Positions 1 to 13,213 of a stretch of 64,000 nt of DNA are shown here, piece by piece. Positions within the stretch are counted from its first letter, which is position 1. Every line of letters starts with the position of its first letter. A model generated the notes under the pieces. It searched no databases, had not been told where the DNA came from, and saw only the letters and a list, made by a program, of their open reading frames with translations. The position numbers and the translations under genes were made by a program. This stretch comes from Octopus sinensis (lineage: Eukaryota). The stretch spans positions 67,270,001 to 67,334,000 of the forward strand of contig NC_042999.1 of NCBI RefSeq assembly GCF_006345805.1, written 5' to 3'.

Positions 1-11
1 GCCACCTCGTC
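1..11 (-). tRNA. trnS(GCT): 5' end of a tRNA-Ser(GCT) gene truncated by the window edge
   Basis: gccacctcgtc is the reverse complement of GACGAGGTGGC; the following flank (gacacaaacacca..gaatttttta) matches the flank of the copy at 5424-5505. Confidence 0.8.
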
Positions 12-246
12 GACACAAACACCAAGGAATTTTTTAACACTTTAGTGTTTCATTCGTGGAACAGACAACTCAAAAACCTCGTTACGGTAAGCGTCAGTAA
101 AAAGAGTAATACACTAATAACAAGCAAAGAATTGCTTTGAGAAAGCAACTTCATATTTATTGATATTTTATCGAACCTAAAAATAAATGTTTGTAACGAC
201 CTGATTGAGAGTATTCGTTTAAAATAGGTAAATATTTATTAATATA

Positions 247-622
247 CTAGCACTATGACCCGGCACGCTGGGTTATAGTGCTAGTGCAAGCATATACAGC
301 TGCGTGTGCGTGCGTGCGCACATACACGCGAGTACTGTCCAAATCTCCGACCAGTCACATACAGCTAGTTGGCATTCAATTGGCGTATCAAGTTTCAGGC
401 ATTTTGATCGGGTTTTGGATAGAAAATTCACAAAAATGTCACTTCTATTGATTTTTTAAATGGCCTTGCGGGGTGACTGGGTAAATGTAAAGACGTGTAC
501 GACCACCCTTGCACGGTTTTCGATGACCATAGAAAGTGCGAGCCCTCTAACTGAAATATTGTGAATTTGTATAAAGGACACGCACACACACACACACATT
601 TTGCCGTTTATATATATATAGA
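247..622 (-). mobile_element. Non-autonomous Helitron-type element (~376 bp)
   Basis: Minus strand starts TCtatatatatataaacggc and ends CTAG, between host A and T with no TSD; 16-bp inverted repeat actagcactatgaccc/gggttatagtgctagt at the 3' end; absent from paralogous units. Confidence 0.75.
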
Positions 623-1010
623 TATATAAGTATTAATGATTTGGATACTTGATCGTACATATATTAATAGAAATACGAAGTAATTGTATAAGATAGATTA
701 GGAAAAGAAATGATAGATAAAGATTAAACTAAATTAATTGATAAAACACAGTGAACACCGGAGAGAATATAAGGAAGCCTCAATAGATAAGTTATCAAAC
801 TTTAATCCTCCTTTATCTCAACTAAATTTAACAACGTATGAAACAAGCCAGATACTGAACAATGGTAAACAAAGATTCTGTGGGCAATAAACGGACCATG
901 TTGTTTTAAACCTGTCACGAACAGGTCAGATAGAACCAGATTTATGTTCTTGTGGAAAATATCCGGAAACAATGGTATTATTTATTTGAATGTAAAACGA
1001 ACTATCACTC

Positions 1011-1086
<76 letters not shown>

Positions 1087-1847
1087 TAGGCTTTGGGTCT
1101 TCATTGAAAAATAGATAGTCTTCATCGAACGAGACTGCTCGTGGTTTCAAGTAATGAAATTGTGGTGTTAGTAGTGTTATGGGCTATGATGGAGCTATGT
1201 GGTGTTGGTGGAGGGGATTGCGGATGAGGTGGACGGAAGTAAGGCTTGCAGGGGCCAGCGGAAGAATCACAGGGGCATGCGTGGGCAGGAAGCACGTGTG
1301 GTCAGTTCGAGCACAGGCGGCAGAGAGCCTAGACGTGTTTAATTCGTGAGAGTGACCGCTCATTCTGCCGAGGTCAACAGGTAAGGCCTTTTGTATTTCT
1401 TTCTCCCGTTTGCTTCTTTTTCTGTTGTCCTTTTCCTCCATCACACTACAGAAATGTATTTCCCTCACAAGAAATTGGTCGACTTGAAGTAAGTTTGAGC
1501 CTGAAGCCATTAGTTACACAGTGAACTTTACCACTCAGCTACAAGAGATGCTGAAGCTCAAGCTAAACAGCACTGACCATTACTACTAGACAGCCTGCAG
1601 AGATCAAGGGTGATGCGTGCCGCCATATTAGATACAAAAAGAGGAGAATTCATCATCATTAGCAAAGTAGGGACATTTTTTTTCCATATTTGAAATGTTT
1701 CACGGTTTCTCGACACCATTCATGGTCTTCGACATTTGCGACATGCACCAACAGGGAATGCAATTAATTTTCAGCAACGATTCTACAGCTAGGCGTCTTA
1801 TCATGACAGAACAAACCCTAGATGTTGATTTAAAAATAAAAAAAGAA

Positions 1848-1929
1848 CAACGAGGATGGGATTCAGACTCACGCGGGAATATCCCAATGGATTAGCAGTC
1901 CATCACCTTAAACACTCAGCCACCTCGTC
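1848..1929 (-). pseudogene. tRNA-Ser(GCT) pseudogene
   Basis: 82-nt homolog with D-loop GG changed to GT (A box), TTCGA changed to TCTGA (B box), plus stem substitutions. Confidence 0.85.
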
Positions 1930-2427
1930 ACTACGTCCGCCGGCCAAATATCTTAAGAATTCACTGTTTCGGTCGTGGAACGGAAGACTGTCAAAAACTT
2001 CGTTGTAGTAAGCGTCAGTAAAAATGGAAATACAATAATAACAATGAATTGCCTGGAGAAACTAAATTTCTAACTTTCTATTGACTGGAATTTTATGGAA
2101 CAGAGAATTATTTTAAACAAGAAAAGACTGTATGGAATAGAATTAGAGCATTCAGGTAAAATAGGTAATTGTTTATTAAAATATATGTAAGTGTCAATGA
2201 TTTGGTTACTTGATCATACACGTATATTAATGGAAATGAGATGTACTTGCATCAAATGGATTACAAAAAAAAAAAAAATATTGATAAACACTATATTGCA
2301 AATCTACTACAAGATAATTAATTTGTTAAATTATTGTCAAGGGTGGGAAATATATAGGTTTCTGATTTTGGTTCAAGGGTAGCAGTTTAGGTGGACTCTA
2401 ATATTCAACAGGTATTTTTTTCAGTTC

Positions 2428-2523
2428 AAGACACCTGATGAAGGCCGGAGGGTATATCAGCCGAAACGTTGTGTTAACAACAAACAAGATGAGGGCAAAT
2501 ATCCGTCAATTGTAAATAATGTA
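2428..2523 (+). mobile_element. 3' fragment of SINE with Penelope-like tail
   Basis: caagacacctgatgaaggccggagggtatatcagccgaaacgttgtgtt matches the element at 58221-58886. Confidence 0.75.
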
Positions 2524-2677
2524 AAAAATGAGGCATTTAATATGTCGTGAAAAAGTAATTTGGAATCGGTTTTATGTTCTTGTGGAAAATATCTGGAAAT
2601 ATAACGCTATCATTTATTTCAATACATAAACTACCACACTGAACGATACACACACACACACACACCAACACACACAA

Positions 2678-2715
<38 letters not shown>

Positions 2716-2764
2716 TATACATACACATACACATACACCACATATATTATATATAATATATATT

Positions 2765-2801
<37 letters not shown>

Positions 2802-2986
2802 ATACATACATACCATATATATATGTCTCCCCCCTCTCTCTCTCTATATATATAATAATATGTATATATTATATGTAGAAAAATACAAACTGGTACAAGA
2901 ACGTAAAACATTTAGAAGACGATACAAAAAAACGGACGGGACATTCGAAGCCTTCAATCTTCAGTCAAGAACCGGATCATCCTCGC

Positions 2987-3019
<33 letters not shown>

Positions 3020-3043
3020 CGGAGAGAGAGAGAGAGAGCAGAG

Positions 3044-3075
<32 letters not shown>

Positions 3076-3131
3076 GGATAGAGGATAGATTAGAGATATG
3101 AGAGATACATATATATATATATTGTATGTAT

Positions 3132-3162
<31 letters not shown>

Positions 3163-3216
3163 TATATCTATATATATATATATGTATCTCTCTCTCTATA
3201 TTATATATATGGATGT

Positions 3217-3317
<101 letters not shown>

Positions 3318-3953
3318 TATATATAGAGAGAGATACATACATACATACATAGTGAGGGAGAAAAGGAAGAAAGGGGAGGAGAGACGGAAGAGGGAGGGAG
3401 AGTGAGTGGACGTTCTGCCAAGTCTTCATTCAAGAATAAGTAGTGTTCATCCAACGAGAAAGCTCGTAGTTGCAATTTTTCAAATGAATTTCCTTCATAA
3501 GGATTTGGTTGACTTGAAATTAAAGCAGAAAGCACTTGACCAATCAATATACCATGAAGTAGGAGTGAACCTGAAACCTTGTGGTTACAAATTGAACTTT
3601 GCCACTTTGCTACTAGAAGTGTCCAAACACAAGTTAAACAGCACTGACCTCCAGTATGAGACATCCTGCACAGGTCGTGGGTTACGCGTCCCACCACTCT
3701 AGATATTTAAAAAAAAAAAAAAGCAACTTCACCCTCGTTAACAGAGTTGGAACATTTTCTCCATATCGGCAATGTTTGGAAATGTTTCACAGTACCTCGC
3801 CACCATTCATGATCTTCGTTATTTGCCACATACGCCAACATGGAATGCAATTAATTTTCGGATATGATTTTACAGCCAGTTCTCATTCATAACAAAATAG
3901 ATCCAAAATATTGATTTATAAATTTTTTTAAAAATCCCCAAAAATACACAGGT

Positions 3954-4035
3954 CGACGAGGATGAGATTCGAACTCACGCGGGAATATCCCAATGGATTA
4001 GCAGTCCATCGCCTTAACCACTCGGCCACCTCGTC
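3954..4035 (-). tRNA. trnS(GCT): tRNA-Ser(GCT), intact
   Basis: GACGAGGTGGCCGAGTGGTTAAGGCGATGGACTGCTAATCCATTGGGATATTCCCGCGTGAGTTCGAATCTCATCCTCGTCG: full cloverleaf, long variable arm, G73, T5 run about 9 nt downstream. Confidence 0.97.
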
Positions 4036-5423
4036 GCTGTAAGCCTGAAGTAATATCTTAATTTAATATTTCATTCATTCGCCTAAAAAATTCGTTATGC
4101 TTAACTGTAAGTAAAAAAAAGTAATACACTGATAAAGAATTACCATGAGAAACTAACTTTTTATTTGTCGATAGTTTATCGATCCTAAAACTATTTTAAT
4201 CAAGAAAAGTTTGTAACGAACAGATTGAGAGTATTTGTTTAAAATAGGTAAATGTTACTAAAAAATATATTTATCAACGATCGTTCATATATTAATAAAA
4301 ATGAGAAAAGCTTGCTTAAAATGGATTACGAAAAGAATTAATAGATAAATATATGAACAAAATCTACATTAATTAGTAAAACCATTGTCAACAGTGGAGA
4401 ATATATAGGTTTCCGATTTTGGTGTATGGTCAACAATTTCGGTGGCGGGGCTAAGTCGATTACAGAAAGGGAATGTCAACACCCAGAACGTAAGGACGGA
4501 CGAAATACCGCCTGACATTGTGCCCGAAGTGTTAACGATTCTGCCAGCATGTCGCCTATTTGTGGATAATATATTGGAAAGAATCGAGAGGTCAGCAATG
4601 AAATTTCAATCCCCCGTTATTTCAACCAGATTTAGTAACGTATGAGACACATAAGTGCCTGAATATTGTTAAACAAAGATTCTCCGAGCAATAAACTGGA
4701 GATACTGTTTTTAAAGTATATAATCTGTCACGAAAAGGTCATGTAGAATCAGCTTTATGTTCTTGTGGAGAATATCTGGAAACAACCTCTTTATTTATTC
4801 CAGTGTACAAACTACCACTCTGAACGATAGATAGATAGATAGATAGATAGACAGAGAAAGAGAGAGAGAGAGAAAGGAAGAAGAGGGAGACAGGGGTATG
4901 GGGGAGGAAGGGAGAGCGAGTTGGGTGAAATCTTCATTCAAGAATAGGTAGCCTTCATCCTACGAGATAGCTCGTAGTTGAAATTTCTCGAATAAACTTC
5001 TTTCATAAGGATTTGGTGGACTGGAAATTAAGGCAGAAAGCGTTCGACCAATCAATATATCATTCGGTAGGAATGAACCTGGAACCATGTAGTTACAAAG
5101 TGAACTTTACTACTTCGTTACTAGAGATTTCAAGCTCAAGCTAAACAGCATTGACCACTAGTGTCAGGCAGAACTCATCGGCGAAGCATCCCAACATACT
5201 AGATATAAAAAAGAAAGTTGAATTCATCCTCCTTAACATAGATGGAACATTTCTCCTTGTCGGGAAGGGTAGGAAATGTTTCACGGTTTTTCGCCAACAT
5301 TTATGGTCTTCGCTACTTGCTACATACGCCAACAGATATGCAATCAATTTTCGCCAACGATCTTACGGCTAGGTGTCACTCATGACAGAACAAGGTCAAA
5401 ATATTGATTTAAAAATAGCAAAC

Positions 5424-5505
5424 CGACGAGGATGAGATTCGAACTCACGCGGGAACATCCCAATGGATTAGCAGTCCATCGCCTTAACCACTCGGCCACC
5501 TCGTC
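5424..5505 (-). tRNA. trnS(GCT): tRNA-Ser(GCT), intact
   Basis: 82-nt cloverleaf, variable arm GGGATGTTCCC, T-run terminator downstream. Confidence 0.97.
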
Positions 5506-6301
5506 GACACAAACACCAAAGAATTTTTTAACACTTTAATGATGCATTAATTAGTAAAATTATGACATCTACCCCAGTATTTAACAGGTACCTATGTTAC
5601 TGACCCCGAAATGATGAAAGGCAAAGTCGACTCCCGTCGCATCTAAACCCAGAACGTAAAGACGGACGAAATGCTGCACGACATTTTTCTCGAAGTGCTA
5701 ACGATTCTGCCAACTGGCCGCCTTACGGTGGATAATATATTGCCAAGAATCAATAGGTAAGTTATCAGACTTTAATTCTCCATTATCTGAACCAGATTTA
5801 GCAACGGATGAAACCCATCAGTTCCTGAACAATGTTGAACATAGTTTCTGCCGGCAATAAACGGGCCATATTGTTTTAAAGCATATAATTCATCACGATC
5901 AGGTCGTAAATAACCAGATTTATGTTCTCGTGGGGGATATCTGGAAATATAACATCACTGATCATTCCAGTGTACAAACTACCACTCTGAACGAAATGTG
6001 TATATATATATATAAATACAAAATGGGACAAGAACGCAAAACATTCAAATAGACGATACAAAAAACGCGGACGGGTCATTCGAAGCCTCTAATCTTCAGT
6101 CAAGAACCTGATCATCCTCGTATTTTCGGCTGATTAATCTTGCGGTTGCTCCAATCTGGCCAGCCCCAAGGAAAAACTAAGCTACGAGCATTAGATTTCT
6201 TGGAAAAAGGATCGAATGTATACAAAACAAGGACAGAAAAACGGACGATGTTACACGAATATAAATACAAAAAAAAAAAAACGAATATAAGTACAAAAAA
6301 C

Positions 6302-6335
<34 letters not shown>

Positions 6336-6389
6336 GAACATAACAACACTGCTGAGACCCCCCTTCGGTCATGACTGAATTGTACCTAG

Positions 6390-6640
6390 AAAGTTACCTT
6401 CCCAGGCACAAATCCGGGCAAGGTTGCTTATGGAAGGTCAGCAGTCGCCCATGCTTACCGGGCTTCCTTCTCCACGCCACCAGTATTATCCAAGGGAAAG
6501 GCAAAGGGGCCGATACTGCTTGGCACCTGTGACGTCGCAACTCATTTCTACAGCTGAGTGAACTGGAGCAACGTGAAATGAAGTGTCTTGCTGAAGAACA
6601 CAACACGCAGCCTGGTCCGGGATTCGAACTCACAACCTTC
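6390..6640 (-). mobile_element. tRNA-derived SINE, family D (head truncated)
   Basis: ctgagtgaactggagcaacgtgaaatgaagtgtcttgct core shared with 40030-40255; B-box-like gttcgaatccc on minus strand. Confidence 0.7.
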
Positions 6641-6970
6641 ACAGAGAGAGAGAGAGAGAGAGAGAGAAAGAGCGGGAAGAAGAGGGAGAATGAGGGATGG
6701 AGTTGGGCCAAATCTTCATTCAAGAAGACTTTATAATGCGAGAAAATTCATAGTTTCTCGAATGTTTCCTTAATAAGGACTTGGTTGACTTGAAATTAAA
6801 GCAGAAAGCGTTCGACCAATCAACATATGTAGTAGGAATGAACATGGAACTATGGAGTTGCAAAATTAACCTTGCCACTTCGCTACTAGAGATGTTCAAG
6901 CTCTAGCTAAACAGCATGGCAAAACAGACTTGAAATATAGATTTAAAAACTTTTTTTTAAAAAAAGGAAA

Positions 6971-7052
6971 CGACGAGGATGAGATTCGAACTCACGCGGG
7001 AATAACCCAATGGATTAGCAGTCCATCGCCTTAACCACTCGGCCACTCCGTC
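6971..7052 (-). tRNA. trnS(GCT): tRNA-Ser(GCT) variant with acceptor-stem mismatch
   Basis: 5' GACGGAG instead of GACGAGG gives a G.U and an A-C pair; variable arm GGGTTATTCCC; A and B boxes intact. Confidence 0.8.
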
Positions 7053-7301
7053 AATACACCCACCGGTAATAATTTCACCAGTTACCTTTTTCATTCATGG
7101 AACAGATGACTCAAAAACTGCGCCATGGTAAACGTCAGTAAAAAGAGTAATACACTCATAAGAAACAAAGAATTGCTATGAGGAACTAACTTCTTATTTA
7201 TCGATAGATTATCGAACCTAAAAATATTTTAATCAAGAAATGATTGTAGGCACCAGATTGAGAGTATTCGTTCAAAATAGGTAAATATCTATTAAAATAT
7301 A

Positions 7302-7535
7302 TATTTCTTTATTGCCCACAAGGGGCTATACATAGAGAGGACAAACAAGGACAGACAAAGGGATTAAGTCGATTACATCGACCCCAGTGCGAATCTGGTA
7401 CTTTTATTTATCGACCCCGAAAGGATGAAAGGCAAAGTCGACCTCGGCGGAATTTGAACTCAGAACGTAACGACAGACGAAATACCGCTAAGCATTCCGT
7501 CCGGCGCGCTAACGTGTCTGCCAGCAAGCAGCCTT
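7302..7535 (-). mobile_element. SINE family A, full-length monomer
   Basis: Head aaggc..gctggcaga, B box gagttcaaattcc, tail gggcaataaagaaata; atatttctt occurs at both ends. Confidence 0.9.
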
Positions 7536-8943
7536 ATATTTCTTAAAATATATATAAGGAATTATGATTTGGATACTTGATCGTACATGTATTAATGGAA
7601 ATTAGAAGTAATTGCGTAAAATGGATTACGAAAATAAATAAAAGATTAAGATTATATACCAATTCTAAAACGTAATGAATGCGAGAGAGAATATAAGGAA
7701 GCATCAATAGATAAGCTATCAAGTTTTAATCCTCCCTTATCTCAACTAGATTTAACATCGTATGAAACATACCAGATACTGAACACTGATAAGCAAAGAT
7801 TTTGCTGATAATTAACGGACCATGTTGTTTTAGACCATAATGATCTGTCACTTGTAGGTCATATAGGACCGAAATTATGTTCTTGTGGAGAAAATCCGGA
7901 AACACAAGGTCACGATTTATTTTACTGTATAGAAAAAGAAAAGAAATATCACTCTGAATGAGAGAGAGAGAGAGAGACAGAGAGCGTGAGAGAGAGGGAG
8001 GAGATGAGGGTGAATGGGAGAGAGAATGAGAGAGTGAGAAGGCATTGGCCCAAGTCTTCATTCAAGAATAGTCTTCTTCCTACGAGGATGCTCGTAGTTT
8101 CAGTTTATCGAATTCATTTCCCTAATGAAGATTTGGTTGACTTGAAATTAAAGCAGAAAGCGTTTAACCAATCAATATATCATAAAGTAGGAGTGAACCT
8201 GAAGCCTTGTGGTTACGAAGTGAAATTTACCACTTAGTTACAAGAGATTTTCAAGCTTAAGCTAAACAGCACTGACCACCAGTACCAGACCGCCTGCAGG
8301 GATCATGGGTTACGCGTCCCTCCATACTAAATATAAAACATGTAGGCTTCAAAATCATTAACATTGTAGTGATATTTTATTCCATATTTTTAAGAATTGC
8401 AAATGTTTCACAATTCCTCGCCACCATTCATGGCCTTTGTTTTTCGTCAAATGCACCAAGAAAGAATGTTATCAATTCTCGACAACGATTTTATGACTGG
8501 GTATCAATCACGACAGAACCAACCTAGATATTGATTTAAAAATTGAAAAGCGAAACAATTAATTAGCAAATACAAGAGATTACAATGACAAGAATTACTT
8601 GACTACCCAAGAGATTACAATTGACTACAAGAGATGTTCAAGCTTAAGTTAAACGACGCTGACTACAAGTATTTAGACAGTCTTCAGTGATCATTAGTGA
8701 CGCGTTCCATCACACTAGATATTACAGAGTGGGTTTCATCATCATTAACATTATAGGGACCTTTATCCGTATCTGTAATGGTTGGAAACGTTTCACGTTT
8801 CTCGCCATCATTCTTGACCTTCGTTATTTGCGACATGCGCCAACGTGGAATGCAATCAATTTCAAAGACCGGAATGAAAAGAAAGAAAGAACCTCATTCA
8901 TTACCTGTTTAGCAGAATTAAAAAAAAAAATGATGCACATTAT

Positions 8944-9025
8944 CGACGAGGGTGAGATTCGAACTCACGCGAGGCAATCCCAATGGATTAGCAGTCCATC
9001 GCCTTAACCAGTCGGCCACCTCGTC
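8944..9025 (-). tRNA. trnS(GCT): tRNA-Ser(GCT) variant
   Basis: Cloverleaf with D-loop G-to-C change (GCCGACTGG), variable arm GGGATTGCCTC, T stem GTGAG/CTCAC. Confidence 0.75.
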
Positions 9026-9316
9026 ACGATGCTCAAGCGTGAACATCTTGGCAATTTCTCGTGTAAATGGTGGAATAGCAGAATCTGAAGAAATGGCGGT
9101 GAAAATAGGAATGCACAAACAACAAAGAAATGCCTTGAGAAAGAGAGAAGACAGGATTGTCACAGTTGGATTGACTTTCATTAAATCCCCCATATAGTAT
9201 AAATAGGTGCATTGAAACATATACTGTATAACCGGTATTTTAGTATCCTGCAACCAACAACACAATTTGTTTAGGGCTTAAACACTTATATCTCAAACTT
9301 AGCACAGATTGCAGCT

Positions 9317-11098
9317 AAACTATATGTGTGTGTGTGTGTGTTCAGTATGGGGGATTTAAAAAAGTAAATTTCCTCGAGGAAATGAAAATGAAGCTTTTCA
9401 GGATCTTTATTCGGAAGATGATACGTAGCCTTGTGGTCTTTTTTATGAAATTATTCCTGTACACATTAGAGAAAGACTCAAAGCTAATGGAATGTTACAG
9501 CACGATTCCAAAAAATGCGACCTACACCTCAGCAGCAATGCGAAACGAAATTATCGAATTGTTAAGACACACTGTCAGCCTTGTGGTCGATGTTTATTTG
9601 AAATTATATAAAAATAAGGAATGAGAATCTACTTATCTCCCTTTGTTGTTATTTCCCCCTAAATTTTTATTTACTTTTTTTAAATTCCCATTCTGAACAA
9701 TTACCGTGTGAGTTTGTGTACACACACACATATAGTTTGCACAAAGAAAATGAACAATATCAACAATGGAGCTGATATAATAACGGTTTTTGCTCAACTG
9801 ATCATTTTGAAAGATTGAAGACACGGATGTTGTTGTGGATAAACGCTGTTGACGTTCCTTCCATGTTATCATAGCTTGGTTATGGGATGCAGAGTTTGCG
9901 TGCTTATTTAAACCTTTGTTTTTTTCTTTTGCATAATGCCAATTAGAATATCCATTTTTAATAAAACAAGCATCAGCTTGAGCAGAAGTATTAAAGTGCC
10001 GACAAGCAAAACAAAACAAAGCTTTCTTTGAAAGAGAATACTCTAACCATGGACGACCAGTATATAGAAGTCACGTCTCTAATTTCCATAAATTTCCATA
10101 AATTTTTAGATCAGACTTTGCTAGAACTGGCTGCACTGGTTGGTAGTCGACCTGTCCTAGATCATCCAATGAGGGTGTCAAAGTCTTTGCAAGACCTCCC
10201 TTGAGCTGTGAAATTCGGTTGCAATTCTCTTCTGTTTAGCATTATTAGACGAATCAGATTGGAAATTCAGCAATGATTGCTTCAGTTTTCTTTTTCGGTA
10301 GTGATTCATTATTTTGGGGCACTGATATTCGTAATAATAAATTCTAAGATAGAATATCGTAGTAAGAGTAACAATTTCTTATAATTTATGTATTTTTAAA
10401 TTAAACTCGAAAGAGATTTCGGTTCAAGCAATTTTTTTTCAATTTCTTCAAACACAAAATAATTTCAGTATAAACTTTGTTCAAAGAGTAGGAAAAATTA
10501 TCCAGTGAAAGTTCTCACCTGAAAAATCCTTTCTTAAGGTATATTTTGGGAAATTTCAAAAATTTTCTCTCCTTTTTCGCGAATAATAATCCTCTCTGAC
10601 GAGTAGAAATAAAATGACCTTTTAATGTCCGTCTCTGTTCATATATATATATACGTGTGTAGTGATGCATTTTACTACCATAAATCTCTAAATACAGCAA
10701 CAATTCTTCACATACTTTACAACAGCAACAAGGACAATCACCGTCGCCACCACGAGCACTACAACAACAATAACAACAACTGACCCAGCATCACCCACTC
10801 CTTAATTCAACCCACAGTTGATGACCAGGTCAGCAGCCGATTCTGCGACAATTACAGCTACAACAAACATTTTGGGGACTAGCTCCAATTTACCCACATT
10901 TTCATATCACTAACTACTAAATCAAAAGAAATTCAACTTATTGCATCTTTAGCGACTTCAGATATTGCTTATGAGAAAAATGTAAAAATGTGGCGACAAT
11001 AGTGGATAAAACAAAATCTATAATACTGGGGTGGAGGGCTGAGATTCTAACTGGGGGTGCTGAGCACCCCATAGCCCCACCCCCGTCGCTACGTGCTG
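9317..11098 (-). mobile_element. hAT-superfamily transposon relic (TTF zinc finger + DUF4371, ZMYM1-like)
   Basis: Minus: PWLEYS then FCFACRHF..GYSNW..H..S..H, NRYYISSIVDIVHFLCAN; plus: LFLYTLEKD..IPKNATYTS..RNEII; GC-rich hAT-like end CAGCACGTAGCGACGGGGG at 11098; frameshifts and stops. Confidence 0.75.
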
Positions 11099-11191
11099 AC
11101 ACACACCTACACATAGACGCACGTGGATAAACATGGATGAAATCCGATTTTGGAAGTATGCTAAAGTTTTTAATAGACGACGGAGAATATA

Positions 11192-11549
11192 GGCGTAGGA
11201 GTGGCTGTGTGGTAAGTAGCTTGCTTACCAATCACATGGTTACGGGTTCCGTCCCACTATAGCCTCGGGCCAACTAAAAGCCTTGTGAGTGGATTTGGTA
11301 GACGGAAACTAAAAGAACCCCTCATATATATGTATATATATATATGTGTGTGTGTGTGTCCCGCCCAACATCGCTTGATAACCGATCCGATGCTGGTGTG
11401 TTTACATCCCCGTAACTTAGCGGTTCGGCAAAAGCGACCGATAGAATAAGTACTAGGCTTACAAAGAATAAGTCCTGGGGTTGATTTGCTCGACTAAAGG
11501 CGGTGCTCCAGCATGGCCACAGTCAAATGACTGAAACAAGTAAAAGAGT
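11192..11549 (+). mobile_element. SINE family B (internal deletion)
   Basis: ggcgtaggagtggctgtgtggtaag head, internal (TA/TG)n, gactgaaacaagtaaaagag tail. Confidence 0.9.
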
Positions 11550-12308
11550 ATTGTGTTTGCTTCTATTGTAATCGTTTACCTTTAAAGCGAAAAAACAAGA
11601 CCGACATATACAACTCTTGTTTCAGCCGTTCATTTTCAATGAGCTGTAGAGATTGTTGCACGCGCACTCTTTTTTACTGGGTGGCGAAGGGTGTGTGGAT
11701 CAAATTTGGAGTTTTTCATATAAAATTTGAAATGAATTAATTCTTTGTTTCCCATATCGTTAATCTCCGTATTTTTCCACGCAGATTGAAAAAAGAAAAT
11801 CCTAAAGAAGTTAAAAATTTTAAGAATTGATGGGGTGGGGGCAAATTAAAAATTTTGAAAACGTGATTTTTTGCATATTCGGATTCTCCGTCATCGAAAA
11901 CTTTGGAATCCGTTGAGAAAAAAAAATTCCGAAAGCTCGGTTTTTGTGGGTGGAGGTGGGGTGACTGTGTCCAGCTCCACCTAAAAAGAAGGGATAAATA
12001 AATAGAGGAGAGTTGATTCCACTAGCCGTAGTGAAGGTCAACCGTTCTAGAAAAACAGTAACTAGAATACTAATTTACTACTAACTGACAACCGGTGCTG
12101 GTGTGTTTACGAACCCGTAAACTAGCGGTTCGGCAAAAAGAGTACGATAGAATAAATACCAAACTCAAAAATAAGAAATGGGTCGACTCATTTGATTAAA
12201 ATTCTTTAATGCGGTGCTCCAGCATGGCGGCAGTCTAATGGCTGAAACAAGTAAAAGAATATATGACAATAAATAGAACGCACTTCTTAACCACACAGCC
12301 ATGCCTGG

Positions 12309-12552
12309 TACTACTAGCGAACAGTGCGCGCAATGGCGTACTCGCGCATCCGCATTAGCTTGTCATGAGTAGTCGATCCTTACTTTGTGGTTTTGTATGT
12401 TATTTACTTTGTTTAAAAAATTATTTACTTTGTGCTTTTGTGTTTTATTTACTTTGCTAGGTAGTCGTTGTAGGATCGACTAGTCACGACTAGCTAGCGC
12501 GGATGCGCGACTATGCGTGTGCGCGCACCGGGACCACTATTCGCTAATAGTA
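12309..12552. mobile_element. MITE with ~75-bp imperfect TIRs, TA-flanked
   Basis: ctactagcgaacagtg...gtagtcgatcct versus aggatcgactagtc...cactattcgctaatag. Confidence 0.75.
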
Positions 12553-12721
12553 CCTATTTCTTTACTACCCACAAGGGACTAAACACAGAGGGGACAAACA
12601 AGTACAGACAAACGGATTAAGTCGATTATATCGACCCCAGTGCGTAACTGGTACTTATTTAATCGACCCCGAAAGGATGAAAGGCAAAGTCGACCTCGGC
12701 GGAATGTGAACTCAGAACGTA
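12551..12721 (-). mobile_element. SINE family A core (head missing)
   Basis: Matches the family A core and tail. Confidence 0.9.
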
Positions 12722-13120
12722 GTCTTCTGTTACGAACATGCCCATCACTGTTGAGCAATTACATTAAGCTATCTTATATAACCATCTGTTATATAAGGTG
12801 TAAAAACGAAAGCGTATAGTACACAAGCCTTTCTCGATGCACGAAAATGATGAGAAATACCAGATATCGAAACCAGCACACCATTTTACATCATTGAGAA
12901 AATACTCAGCAAAGCAATCACAATCGAATCATTCCTCCCCGATGACCGGTTCTGTCCGAAACATTGGACTTCTTAAATTTGCTACGACATAAAAGAAAGT
13001 ATTCTATTCTTCGTTGTTTCTGCGTTACTATTTACCAACACAGATAAAGTCGTATTTCTCCAGAATCAATTTGATGAATTAAGGCTCTAAATTATAAATA
13101 TGTTACGGTATTAGCAGTAG

Positions 13121-13202
13121 GACGAGGTGGCCGAGTGGTTAAGGCGATGGACTGCTAATCCATTGGGAATTTCCCGCGTGAGTTCGAATCTCATCCTCGT
13201 CG
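13121..13202 (+). tRNA. trnS(GCT): tRNA-Ser(GCT), intact; only plus-strand copy
   Basis: gacgaggtggccgagtggttaaggcgatggactgctaatccattgggaatttcccgcgtgagttcgaatctcatcctcgtcg. Confidence 0.98.
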
Positions 13203-13209
13203 GTTTACG

Positions 13210-13213
13210 TTTT
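13210..13213 (+). terminator. Pol III terminator T run
   Basis: TTTT 8 nt after the tRNA, followed by a second T run. Confidence 0.65.
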
